Below are positions 12,909 to 23,888 of a stretch of 64,000 nt of DNA, piece by piece. This DNA comes from Utricularia gibba. Taxonomy: Eukaryota; Plantae; Magnoliophyta. A program made the translations under genes and the position numbers. The stretch's first letter is position 1. Each line of letters opens with the position of its first letter. A model generated the notes under the pieces. The model saw nothing but the letters and a program-made list of their open reading frames with translations. It was not told where the DNA came from and ran no database searches. Location: positions 1,054,001 to 1,118,000 of the forward strand of contig NEEC01000021.1 in assembly GCA_002189035.1 (NCBI GenBank), in the 5' to 3' direction.

Positions 12909-13207
12909 TGAACTAATTTAAGTAAAATGTTAAATTAAGGTTTTTTGACGTATTTTTCTATTATAAATATATTATTAATTGAAAAAAATTCTATCAAAAC
13001 TCGAAAATTAAACATGTGCGTGTAAAACATGTTTGAAATGTGATACATAATTTATGTTAAAAAATCTGAACTAATTTTAGTAAAATGTTAAATATTAAAG
13101 TTTTTGACGTAATTTTTTCATTATAAATATATTATTGGATGGAAAAGAGTCTATGAAAACTCTAAAATTAAGCATGTTCGTGTTAGAATAATTTCGAAAT
13201 GTGATAC
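12909..13207. repeat. Degenerate tandem duplication, ~158-bp period
   Basis: tgaactaattt(a/t)agtaaaatgttaaa…ttataaatatattatt…aaatgtgatac occurs at 12909 and again at 13067. Confidence 0.75.
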
Positions 13208-13642
13208 CCGTTCGTAAGATATCGCAATATGGCACCGGGATGGGCTACATGATGAGTTACCATATGTTATATCACAATTTAGTTCTTAATTTTATAGACA
13301 TGATTTTTATTCCGTATGGATGTGTTTGTAGAGATCCGAATTGTGAGACAACTGATCAAACAACAGTCTTGACACGTAACATGAAAGATAGGCTTTCGGG
13401 CAACTTATGTCTGTACGGGGACTGGTTTTGTAATAAAAAAAAAGAAATAAAAAAGAAAAAGGATTCGTACACAACAACATGATCGAAGTGTAACAATTCT
13501 CTCTATAAATTCTTGCATCCCGCCGCTGATCCACCCCAACCATCCACAAAGTGCGGTGCTCCGCTCCATCCCCATCCCCCTGGTTCCCGGCGGCGAAGCC
13601 TTGAACGTGATCCCGTCTCCGGCAGAGTTTCTCCGATCGAAA

Positions 13643-14506
13643 ATGTCTGTGAAGAAGGAGAATCCCTTGAGCCTGTCTTCTCTAAACCACATCTCTCTGG
13701 TATGCAAATCTGTGGAGGAGTCTAACGATTTCTACCAGAACGTGCTCGGGTTCCTTCCTGTTAGACGCCCCCAGTCGCTGAAATTCGATGGATCCTGGTA
13801 AATCGAGCGCATCTAGGCTGTCCCTCTTCCGATTTTGTATAGTAATTCTCATCTGTGATTTTGCGCTCCAGGCTTTTTGGACATGGATTCGGGATTCATC
13901 TTCTTCAGTCTGAAGATCCTCAAAAAATGACCAAGAAAACAGTGATTAATCCCAAGGATAATCACATTTCTTTTCAGGTAATTACTCCATCTTACACTGA
14001 TCTCCTTTCCCTTCTGCTCCTCCCGAATTGAAGCTAGTGAAATTGTTAACAATCTTCATTTTGTCGCTTCCCCATTAAAAAATACATTTTTCCCTCTTGG
14101 TAGAGGAAACAGCTGCACATGGGAATATTACTCCCCTTGATTGACGAATGATGATGTGTCCCTTCTGACTTGGCACCAAGAATTCAATCCCAATCACACA
14201 CTCAATGCTTACTTGCACGAATCCTCCAGCCTGATCATCTTCTCCATCTGGTTTTCTGCAGTGCGAGAGCATGGGAGCTGTGGAGAGCAAGCTGAAGGAG
14301 CTGGGAATCCCTGGGTGCGCCAAAGAGTGGAGGAAGGCGGCATCTTCATCGACCAGCTCTTCTTCCACGATCCCGACGGGTTCATGATCGAGATCTGCAA
14401 CTGCGACGACATGCCGGTGATCCCCCTCGCCGGCGTCGGAGAGATGGGCGCCTGCGCTCGCCTCGGCCTCCATCCCCATCTCCCCATCTGCTCCATGACG
14501 AGCTGA
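13643..14506 (+). CDS. Lactoylglutathione lyase/glyoxalase I-like (VOC family) protein, 3 exons, one apparent -1 frameshift
   Basis: Exons 13643-13797, 13872-13977, 14261-14506. Motifs LNHISL, WLFGHGFGIHLLQ, INPKDNHISFQCES, VEEGG..DQLFFHDPDGFMIEICNC match GLYI4/GLYI7-type proteins. One C is missing at the CCC run 14309-14311. TATA at 13504. Confidence 0.9.
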
Positions 14507-16720
14507 TTCCGAGGTGTCCACACGAGACTGTTCATACAATGAATCCATTTCCTTATTCTTTGCGACACCTCTCAGAATTCCACATTCTAAAATGCGGTTT
14601 TGGGTGTGGATTGAAATGCTGGTGTTTTGTTCTTAATCGAATTTCGAATAAATTATGAGAAAAATTTTCATAAAATTTAATATCATAAAATTTCATAGAA
14701 ATTTAAAACAATATGAGTGATGGATTGGTGTTCAATAATTGGAAGTTCGAATCATGAGTGGGGCCCATCATGCAATTATTGGCCACCTTGATTGGTTTGG
14801 GAGCTGAAGAGGGATCAATATCTCAAGATTCTTGAAATTTATGTAAAGTTAAATCATATTTTTGATATAATTTCTCTCATCATTTTTTCAAGAAGTGATT
14901 TTAAAAATTATAAGTTGACTTTTTTGAACTTTTTTAAAATAAAAATATAATCCTTGAAGTTATAGGTGTGTTGAAAACTAATATGTTTGGTAGATGTTTG
15001 TTTTGAATATGAATGTTCTTCGTTTATATAAAATTCTTATCTTACATGAGTGTTATTATTAAAAAAAAGAATTATAATTTTTTTATATTATTCAAAATAT
15101 ATTTATTAAATATAATGATATTTTACTATAAATTTTTGAAACGTGTATAATAGAATAATTTTAATGATATTTTTGAGATGTGATTATCACACATGATGAT
15201 TCAAAGTCAATACTCCAAATTCAAAACTAAGTGGTTGTGCACCATGTTACTACAAAAAGACTATTCAATTTTCATTTCTTGATATGATATTGTCTAATGC
15301 GACACAAGAACAAGACCTTTTTTGCAACACAAAGAGGAAGTAAATTTTAAGAGAAGATTATGAGTTCTACATTGGTTATGGGAATTTTAAAGTTAAATGT
15401 GATCTAATAATGAGAAAAACGTAAAATTATAATAACTGTATGTATTAAAATATAATAATATTGTATAAAAAGTCACAAGTTATGATAAAAGATTGAATTA
15501 CATGTTTGAAACCTGAAAATTAATTTAGACGTATGTCTTTTTAATTTGTATCCATACTCTATGATACACATTCATGAAGAAACCCCAAAACACTGACGGC
15601 TACTGACTAGAAAAGAAGTGTAAAATGACTTATTGAATAAAAAAAGTTCACGGCGGCCTGCCAGTTTTGGCCTTTTCGGGGAATAAGAAACAAATCCGTC
15701 GACTTCCTATTCCCGGGCCGCCGCCGTCCCCCCTTCACGAAAGCAAAGCCCACAAACAGAAAGCTTCGGGGATGGCGGCTCCTCCGCCGCCGTGGCTGCC
15801 TTGTTCTTTGTTTTCGTGGGCGTGAGGCGCCACCGGAGCTCCGCTTTTTAGGATTGGCGTCGGAAATCTGTATTTTTTCCCCGGACAAGAATCTGTCTTC
15901 CCAAACCAATCCCGATGAGCCTTGTCTCTCCTGAAAGATACCGCTGATCTCTGTGGTTTTTCAAAGGCTAATCTTTGGATTTTTTCTAATTTCTCTGTCT
16001 TTTACATTGCATATTTATTTTTGATCTATTAAATATAATTTAGATGATAATTACATAATAAATGTTTATCAAATATACAAAATATTAAATATATTATTAA
16101 TATGACTATATTGAAAGATGCACTCTAAATGTAATAGAAATAATTAAAGTGCAATTTATTCATTTTCAAATTTAATGTTGGATATGCACTGGAGTGAAAG
16201 GGTTTTCGGATTTGTGACCTGTCAAGGGCAATTCCGTCTTTCGAACTTCTGCTGCAGCTATTCTTTTGGGCTGGGCTTCTATCATTTGGGTCACAAAGAA
16301 GCTTTCAAACATTCAGTAGACGAATGGGCTCAAAATTTCCGGCCCATTCGAAACATTCAGCATAAAAAAATTGCATTGTTCGAAACTCGAAAAAATTTCG
16401 TATTTCAGATTGGATCTAAGAAGAGAAATTTTGGTTGTATTTTGGATGAAAATTACTTAATTTTGAAAATATTTTGTTTCCAGAAAATAATAAAATATTT
16501 CAAATTTTTTGATGGCATGTAGAATACTTAATATTTGTTTGCTACTAAATATGAGTGTAATTATTTATACAAAAAAGAGTGATTTGAAAAAAATGCTGAT
16601 TTGGTATAAAACAAAAATAAACTTTCAAGATCACTTTTTGGCGAAACACATGTTGAATATTTCATATTAAAAAATGAAAAAATAGTAAATAAACCCGTGC
16701 TGAATAAGCATGGCGAATCC

Positions 16721-16781
16721 CGACACGTGTCGCAACGGTATACGCGTGTCGGCTTCTCTGGAATCCGTACGAAGGTTATAT
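16721..16781 (+). promoter_or_regulatory. ABA-response complex: ABRE + CE3 + TATA upstream of LEA
   Basis: Palindrome CGACACGTGTCG at 16721-16732, ACGCGTGTC (CE3 core) at 16742-16750, and TTATATA ~70 bp before the ATG. Confidence 0.8.
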
Positions 16782-16848
16782 ACTGGTGATGGCCATGGAA
16801 GTACCTCCACCGCAACTCGAAAAGCGAACAGACGCGTAGCTACAGAAG

Positions 16849-17243
16849 ATGGATCAGCAGCAACCAGCGTACAAAGCCGGCGAGGCCAAGGGCCAGATGC
16901 AGGAGAAGGCCGGCCACGCCGTGGGAGGAGTGAAGGAGGCCGGCCACCGCGCCGGGGACATGGCTTCTCAGGCGGGCGAGGCGGCCCGTTGCAAGGGCCA
17001 GGAGGCCAAGGAGCACGCCGGGAGTCACGCGACCGCTGCCAAGGAGAAGGCGGGCGGCGCTGCGGAGGCCACAAAGGAGAAGGCGGGAGGATGGCGGAGG
17101 CCGGGAAGGAGACGGCGCAGGCGGGTAAGGAGAAGGCAGGGGGGATTCTGCAGCAGACTGGGGAGCAGTTGATGGGAGCAGCTCAGGGAGCCACCGAAGC
17201 TGTGAAGCAGGCCGTTGGGATGGGCGGAGAGAAGGAGGAGTAA
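16849..17243 (+). CDS. Group 3 (LEA_4-type) late embryogenesis abundant protein, intronless, one apparent -1 frameshift
   Basis: MDQQQPAYKAGEAKGQMQEKAG…AKEKAGG repeats. Adding one G at 17089-17090 joins this to MAEAGKETAQAGKEKAGGILQQTGEQL…AVKQAVGMGG, the typical LEA7-like C-terminus. Confidence 0.88.
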
Positions 17244-17420
17244 GTGAGTGAGTGATTGTGGAGAAGATAAGCATCATCTTCGCCTTCCCATTTCGCGTGC
17301 TCCCTTTGCAGTTTCTCTAGTCCCCTTTCCCGGGAACAATGCCATTTGAATAAGACAGTCACTTAAGTTTTTTAAAATTAATATGATTAGTGTCAAAATG
17401 TAACCATTCACCCACCTTTA

Positions 17421-17662
17421 GTCTTCGTTTGGTTAATGTGTTTTAAGTATTAATGGGTTTAAATTATTTAGATTTAATTAAACCTAAATATGTGTGTATA
17501 AAATTAATCATACCTCCCTTGGTTATATATATAATCATATTATATATATATAATGATTATTATACTCATATATATAAAATATAATTATACCTATAAACTA
17601 AATAATATAATTTTATTAAATTTATCATAAATCAATATTATAATCTTATATCAAACGAAGCT
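17421..17662. mobile_element. Tourist/PIF-Harbinger-like MITE
   Basis: Ends gtcttcgtttg…caaacgaagct (11-bp TIR, 2 terminal mismatches), TTA on both flanks, AT-rich interior. Confidence 0.6.
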
Positions 17663-18053
17663 TTAGTATATTTTAGTCATAAAAAATTTACGTTTTTTTA
17701 GTTTTTTATATAAGATTGAAAAAATATTTTATTTAAATATATTATTTATTCCATCCGTAATCAATGTGTTACATTGATCGATACTCACTAGATCCCAAAT
17801 CTTAAATAATGACTCTCGACATACTCGTTAAATGTTCCCTTATCATATCATTGGTATCAAAATTAGTTTAATAATAATGATATAAGTAATTTTTATTGAT
17901 ATATTTAATACTCAAAATTTACGTATTTAGTATATTTAATAAAAAACACTTAATTATTATTTAGAACATGCACATGATTCATTATTCCACAAAACAATAT
18001 CTTTTTAAAAAAAACATCTTGATTCTCCACCATGCGCCACTCCGAACCAAGAC

Positions 18054-19976
18054 CTAAAGCCCAAGCCTGGCCTTCAGCCAAGAGCCGACCTCGTCCATCA
18101 CCGATGGTACGGTGTAGTGACCCACCCTGCAACCGCCGGCGTGTCAAAACAGGGGATGGAAGCATGATGATGACAAACAAACTCACTCTTGAAACGTTCT
18201 GAAGGTCAGGTTTCTGAAGCCAGAGGAGGAGAGGACTTGGTATGACTTCTCCCCATGCGTGTATGGAACCACTTCATCGCCTGTTGAACTTGGGGTGATC
18301 AGAACCGACCAAAATCGGAGTTTTTACGCAGAATCGTGTTACGAAAACGAGGAAAAGTTGAGAATTGTGATGCGTACAGAGGCCATGAGCGAGCAGGATT
18401 GGTAGATGGGCAGCACGTTGTGTGTAGTCGTGTGATCCCTCCATCTCTATGCTCATGCCCCTGCAGTGTTAGGCACCGAGTTCAGATATCTTGCATGCAA
18501 GTTTCTAATAAGGAGGAGGAGGAGGAGGAGGAGAACCCTGCACTGGGAAGCCAGCCACTTATGGCAACGATGGCTCTGAGGTTAACTTGGTAAGGGCAGC
18601 CATTTCCATGCTTGCCGCGGGCGAAGCAACTCGCGGAATACAATGCTGTGGCGGCACCCATGCTGAATCCTCCGATTCCGAGCTTAACTGCACCATGAGT
18701 ACAGTAAACTCAGGAGTTGTATGGGCATGGAAATTGGCAAGAAAACTTGCGTGATAACTGTTTATCCTAAGATGATGAAGATAGGCAAGGATAGCTAGGT
18801 GTTCATACCATCATGTGGCTCACTAGAGAGCAAATTAGAAATGTATGCAGCCGAGGCATCTAACTCTTCAGAATCCTCAGGAAACTCGTCGGTGAGCTCT
18901 CTGCCATCGAACCCTGGGATGGAGGAGGAGTGAAAATATGTTTGGTGTTGCAAGTATGAGATGTTTTACTTACAAGCAGTGCAAGGAAATCCCCCAAGTA
19001 GTGCAACTGGACGAGTGGGAGCAGTAGGGCATATCCATTTTATCTGCAAATCCAAGTTTTGGTACCACAGCGATATAGATTTCTGCCATACATGATTGTT
19101 ACTTACATTTGGAAGTTGCAGGCTTTCCAGAAGGTGTAGCCAACTGAAGAAGAAAAGAGCAAACCGGCCAACTCAGCAACGTGTACAAAAGACTAAAGCT
19201 GAAAATAACATCACATAGGATATTTTCACGGTACATGGGATTTTGTTGCTTGTTCATCTGGAAAGTGAACACGGATAGCAACAAAAAAAAGGTGTTCCCT
19301 TTAGCATAATTTAGCTGAAGCAATGAGTGATGAACAACACGAAAGCAACTAGGTTACCATTGCTTCAAAAATCATCACCTCGGGAATATTCCTAAAGCTG
19401 AAAATAACATCACATAGGATATTTTCACGGTACATGGGATTTTGTTGCTTGTTCATCTGGAAAGTGAACACGGATAGCAACAAAAAAAAGGTGTTCCCTT
19501 TAGCATATTTTAGCTGAAGCAATGAGTGATGAACAGCACGAAAGCAACTAGGTTACCACTGCTTAAGAAATCATCACCTCGGGAATATTCCTAACTCATG
19601 AACTCGAAAGTTAAAAAGCGTAAAATCCGCATACACTTTATGACGATTTAGAAATATTTGAGTTGATTTTGTTTAGGGATCTGAAATGATCGTTAACAAC
19701 ATTCAAACACACTGCTAAATAGACAAAATGTACCTAGAGCCATTGTCCCCAAGCCCGTGAAGCCAAACGATAGTGGCAAGGTGCTTCCCCTTTGGCTTAA
19801 CAACATATATCCTCCCAAACTCAAATGTTGCTCGGCCTGTTCTGCTCCCTGAGATACGATCAAGCAACACAAGCATATTACACATGAGTCAAGAAAATAG
19901 CTAGAAATGTTATAAGAAGAATCACAAAAAAATTGAAACTCTTCGGATGCTAACCAGAGCCACCAGAATAACTCAT
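18054..19976 (-). CDS. Acyl-protein thioesterase / phospholipase-carboxylesterase (alpha/beta hydrolase), 9 exons, 249 aa, intact
   Basis: Exons 19955-19976, 19734-19848, 19107-19143, 18974-19043, 18809-18913, 18537-18687, 18378-18460, 18187-18280, 18054-18126 sum to 750 bp with consistent phases. Motifs IVWLHGLGDNG, IKWICPTAP, GGFSMGA (Ser), HGLCDEVV (Asp), GHYT (His). Confidence 0.93.
19193..19590. repeat. 199-bp tandem duplication inside thioesterase intron 2
   Basis: Units 19193-19391 and 19392-19590 differ at 5 substitutions by eye, with CTAA microhomology at the junctions. Confidence 0.95.
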
Positions 19977-20894
19977 TTTGTTTCTGTTGTCAAATAAATC
20001 GAAATGTCATCCACAAGAAAGCAATTTATGTAAGATGGAAGTAAGAAACCAGGCACCCTCATGCATTTATACTCAAACAGAGCAAGTGAAAATGGAATAA
20101 AAAACACTCCTGTAACCAGCTGCCGCATGCCAAGTAACAAAAAAGTAAAACACTGAGCATCCTTAGAAAGAACCAGGGGGCAAAAAGGAATGCGAAAAGC
20201 CAAATATATTTTCAACGCGCAAACAGACAAAAAGGGTATGCTTAAAATCACTCACTATTATTCTATTTTTATGCTCTCAATGAACAAGTAGAAGCAACTA
20301 AGGGAGTTACTTTGATCAACTCTTAAGATTAGAGAATAAAACTCATTTCAGCAAAACGTTTTAAACCTAATTCCTTCAACTTTTTTTTTAAAGAAGAATT
20401 TCAAACAGCGCAAAAAGTACCAGAAAAAGAAAAAGAGGAGCATGCAGAACTGCTTGATTCATTCCAGCCGTTGAGGTTGGAGGAGTCTTGGTTTACAGCC
20501 AATGTGGGGAATTTATGCCTTCAGCAAGACATATCAACGTTGAGAATCTTTCCCCCAAAAAGTGAAAACAATGGAGAATACTTCAATCTGCCAAAATTGA
20601 AATCAATGAGAACGAAAAAGAGAATCACGCCCCCCATCATTTGTTTCGCGATTCTCTGATGATTTGATGCTGCCCATTATCTTCACCATCAAGATAGAAT
20701 GTCAATTAACGAAGGCTGTTAGTCTTGACAATAAGGCTCTCTCATGTACAGACCAAAATTCCAGATCCAAGGAGCGTAGAGACAGGAGATACTTCTCCTT
20801 CTTGGATGATTACAGTTATCCCTAAATGCCCACAGGATTAAAAAATAGTTAGTTAAATCACGAGATATGATCATGATTAACAAATCATATGGAT

Positions 20895-21015
20895 AAGCAT
20901 GGTAACTAAATAGATAATATGATCATTTGAAATCACAATATTCTCACTTCAAGCATGGTAACTAAATAGATAATATGATCATTTGAAATCACAATATTCT
21001 CACTTCAAGCATGGT
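20895..21015. repeat. Perfect 56-bp tandem repeat (2.2 copies)
   Basis: aagcatggtaactaaatagataatatgatcatttgaaatcacaatattctcacttc at 20895 and 20951, with a partial third copy at 21007. Confidence 0.95.
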
Positions 21016-21211
21016 CTGTTGATGAAAAGTTTAGGAGGTGATCCAACGAGGGTAGAGGCAGAAATAGCACGACAATTTCTGAAACATCAGGCCGGTGCAT
21101 CAAACTGGCGTTGGGGAAAAACACTAAAGCCGGTGTGGAGCCAGGTTATAGCCCCACATTCACCTTTTTTTTTAACGGTCACCCATTTCAACAGGGCTCA
21201 ATCAGGAGGAG

Positions 21212-22810
21212 TCATTCATCGCTTTGGCTCGAAAATTCATCCTTACTTCTGGATGATATTCCAGGATCCCTGTAGCATTTCATCACATTTGAGGCCTCTT
21301 GAATACTCTTGGAAGTGCTTTTTTCCATCTTGTCTGCAAGTATATCCGCTTGCTCAGCAAAACCTGATCCTATAAGCTTATTTCTTAACAATTCACAAGT
21401 TGAAGTATATGGTGGAATCCCTTCATCAATCATCATCTCAAAAAACTTACAGGCTAGCTTAAGTTTACTTCTTTTCCTACAGAGTCCATGGACCATGACA
21501 GCATATGTTGAAACAGAGGGGTAAAATCGAAGGTCTTCCATGTTTTTCCAAATTTCTTCAACCATATCGAACCTCCCTATCCGAATTAGCATTTTGAGAA
21601 CCATATTGTAAGTATGCTTATCAGGTTGGCATCCATCTTCTTCCATCCGTGACATTAGCTTAAGAGCCCTGTTAACTTCATTAAGATCACAATGAAGAGC
21701 TAAAATGGTATTGTAGCTCCATGTATCCGGTTTAGAACCACTCTTGATCATGTCAGACAGAAGCTCATAAGCCTCATCCGTCTTCTGCTTCCTACACAGT
21801 GTCTTGAGGATCCGATTATAGGTAAAAACATTCGGAATAAGATTGTATCTTTCCATTGAATCTAGGACTCTAAATGCTGAATGAAGATCATTGGCATCAC
21901 AATAAGCGTGAATGAAGATCGAATAGGAGTAGGCATCAGGTTCAAAGGCCTTGTTCCTAAGTTCTCGAAACAACTTATACGCTTCATCAACATTCCCTCC
22001 CCTGCACAACGCGTTCATCAAACTATTCAAAGCCAACAAATCAACATCCAATCCTTTCTCAAGCATTTCATCAAACAGTTGCTGCGCATTACTAGATTCG
22101 CCTATGTCACCCCAACCGCGGATCAGGATACTGTAGGTTTTTATACTCGGGCACAACTCACTGCCCTTAACCCTGTCAAAGAGCTCCTGAGCATCCTTAA
22201 CGTGTTTCTTCTTACACAAGGCAAACAAAAGCTGATCAAGGTCATCTAGACATGGTGGAATCCCAAAGTCCACCATCTTGTTATATGCCCTAATTGCATC
22301 ACCAGGCATATTAGCCCTACTGTAAATCCTAAACACAACCCAGAAAATATCCCTCGTAACTTCACAAGATTCACTCTTTTTCATCTCCATCAAAAAATCC
22401 CATAAGATAGCAAACTGCCCACTTCTTCCTAGTACATCTAACACAATGCGATAGCTCTCTTCGCTGTGTCGAAAACCGGGGATTCCCTGAGCCCATACGA
22501 AGAACCTATGAGCTGCAAACCCAAGATTACTGCATCTCTTCAGTACCTGTTCAACAACGTCAACCGAAATTTTCGAAACAAATGGCAAAAGCGCTGATTC
22601 AATGTCGTGATGGGCACTCCTGTAGTCACTGAGAACCCGTGACAACTCATTGACAACATCAGAAACAGGCGCAATGCAATTTGATTCTAGAGAACGGTAC
22701 GGAATCGAGAGAGACAGGACGCCACCGGCGACAATTGACTTGCGCGCCATCCAGTGACTTCCAGGTCGACGAAGAAGCGAATGGAGCAATCCAATCGCCA
22801 TTTTCGCCAT
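21212..22810 (-). CDS. P-class pentatricopeptide repeat protein, likely mitochondrial (At1g52640-like)
   Basis: Single-exon 532-aa ORF with tandem 35-aa repeats (TYSILIRGW, ALNSLMNALC, SYSIFIHAYC, TYNRILKTLC, TYAVMVHGLC) and an Arg/Ser-rich N-terminus. Confidence 0.95.
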   Translation of the reverse strand: MAKMAIGLLHSLLRRPGSHWMARKSIVAGGVLSLSIPYRSLESNCIAPVSDVVNELSRVLSDYRSAHHDIESALLPFVSKISVDVVEQVLKRCSNLGFAAHRFFVWAQGIPGFRHSEESYRIVLDVLGRSGQFAILWDFLMEMKKSESCEVTRDIFWVVFRIYSRANMPGDAIRAYNKMVDFGIPPCLDDLDQLLFALCKKKHVKDAQELFDRVKGSELCPSIKTYSILIRGWGDIGESSNAQQLFDEMLEKGLDVDLLALNSLMNALCRGGNVDEAYKLFRELRNKAFEPDAYSYSIFIHAYCDANDLHSAFRVLDSMERYNLIPNVFTYNRILKTLCRKQKTDEAYELLSDMIKSGSKPDTWSYNTILALHCDLNEVNRALKLMSRMEEDGCQPDKHTYNMVLKMLIRIGRFDMVEEIWKNMEDLRFYPSVSTYAVMVHGLCRKRSKLKLACKFFEMMIDEGIPPYTSTCELLRNKLIGSGFAEQADILADKMEKSTSKSIQEASNVMKCYRDPGISSRSKDEFSSQSDE

Positions 22811-22921
22811 GTACGATGAAACAACCCGATTACAGAACGAGGAAGCAGAAGAGCTCCAAATGTTCTTGAGAACTGTTCTTTCATTCTAAATAGGCCCACA
22901 TTCAAGATATTAATGAGACTT

Positions 22922-22967
22922 TGGGCCAACTTAACTGGCCCAGAATGATGAAAGCCCAGTAGCCCAT
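22922..22967 (-). promoter_or_regulatory. Site II (TGGGCY) cluster upstream of the PPR gene
   Basis: Four TGGGCY/RGCCCA motifs ~110-160 bp upstream of the ATG, typical of TCP-bound promoters of mitochondrial-protein genes. Confidence 0.6.
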
Positions 22968-23814
22968 TGGATCGACCCATTTGATTCTCTTGTATACAAA
23001 TATTTCTTGAAAAGATATTTTCTAAATTAAAAGTAGTTAATTTTTTTATTAATTTTAATTCTAAAAAAATACTTTTTAATAAGCATTTTTAAAAAATAAA
23101 AATTGAATTTCTATAACTTGTAAAATCTAATAATCAATTTCAAATTCTTATTTTTTTGTAATAAAAATCATTCATATTTAATAACATTTTTAGTAATTTT
23201 CGTAAATGCTGATATAGTTTTCCAAAAATCACTATTATTTTTACGAAAATCAACAATTTGGAGAAACCTAATTCTATGGAAAGCAAAAGCAGCGTTGTTT
23301 CCTTGAAAATGAGACTTCCACGAATAAACCTCATTTCATGTTTTTTCTATGATTTTACTATTCGTTTACCAAAATTGATAAAGTAAATTACAAAAATTTG
23401 TAAAATAAACTTAATAAAGAAAAGACACGTCATTATTTACTGAAATCACTAAAAATATTCTAATAATATTTTAGTATTCATGGTATCATCAATTATTACA
23501 ATTTCACATGTTAAAGAATCAATGGTTACACAATTCCAAATATTTTAAATCTGATCAACAAAACCCAATCATACATTATCGATTTTTCATTTAATCGACA
23601 TACATATGTCAATTAATCAAATGCTCATCATACTATCAACATGTAACACACATAAACTGGCAAATTGGTAGAAGGAATATTCATGGTTTGGTTTTCTACA
23701 TAATGTGTGTGAGATGTTCCACTAAGGTCATGTCGTAAAACGAGTACATCGAAACGCAACTCCCTTCTGGCAAGTTTTCTGCATTGTTAATACGAGAAAT
23801 CAGTGCAGGCAGCT

Positions 23815-23888
23815 GCAGCAGCAGTAGCAGCAGCAGGAGCAGCAGAAGCAGAAGCAGAAGCAGGTGCAGCAGCAGCAGCAGCAGCAGC
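23815..23888. repeat. Imperfect (CAG)n microsatellite
   Basis: gcagcagcagtagcagcagcaggagcagcagaagcagaagcagaagcaggtgcagcagcagcagcagcagcagc. Confidence 0.9.

Noticed and set aside
16667-17277. Overlapping Arg/Pro-rich ORFs on both strands around LEA, and similar shadow ORFs over GA3ox, CYP734A, VTE3 and SPI
   Set aside because: These are shadow frames of GC-rich coding exons, with no independent start or splice support.
20895-21015. Short direct repeats as a CRISPR-like array
   Set aside because: Head-to-tail tandem copies without spacers, in a eukaryotic locus.
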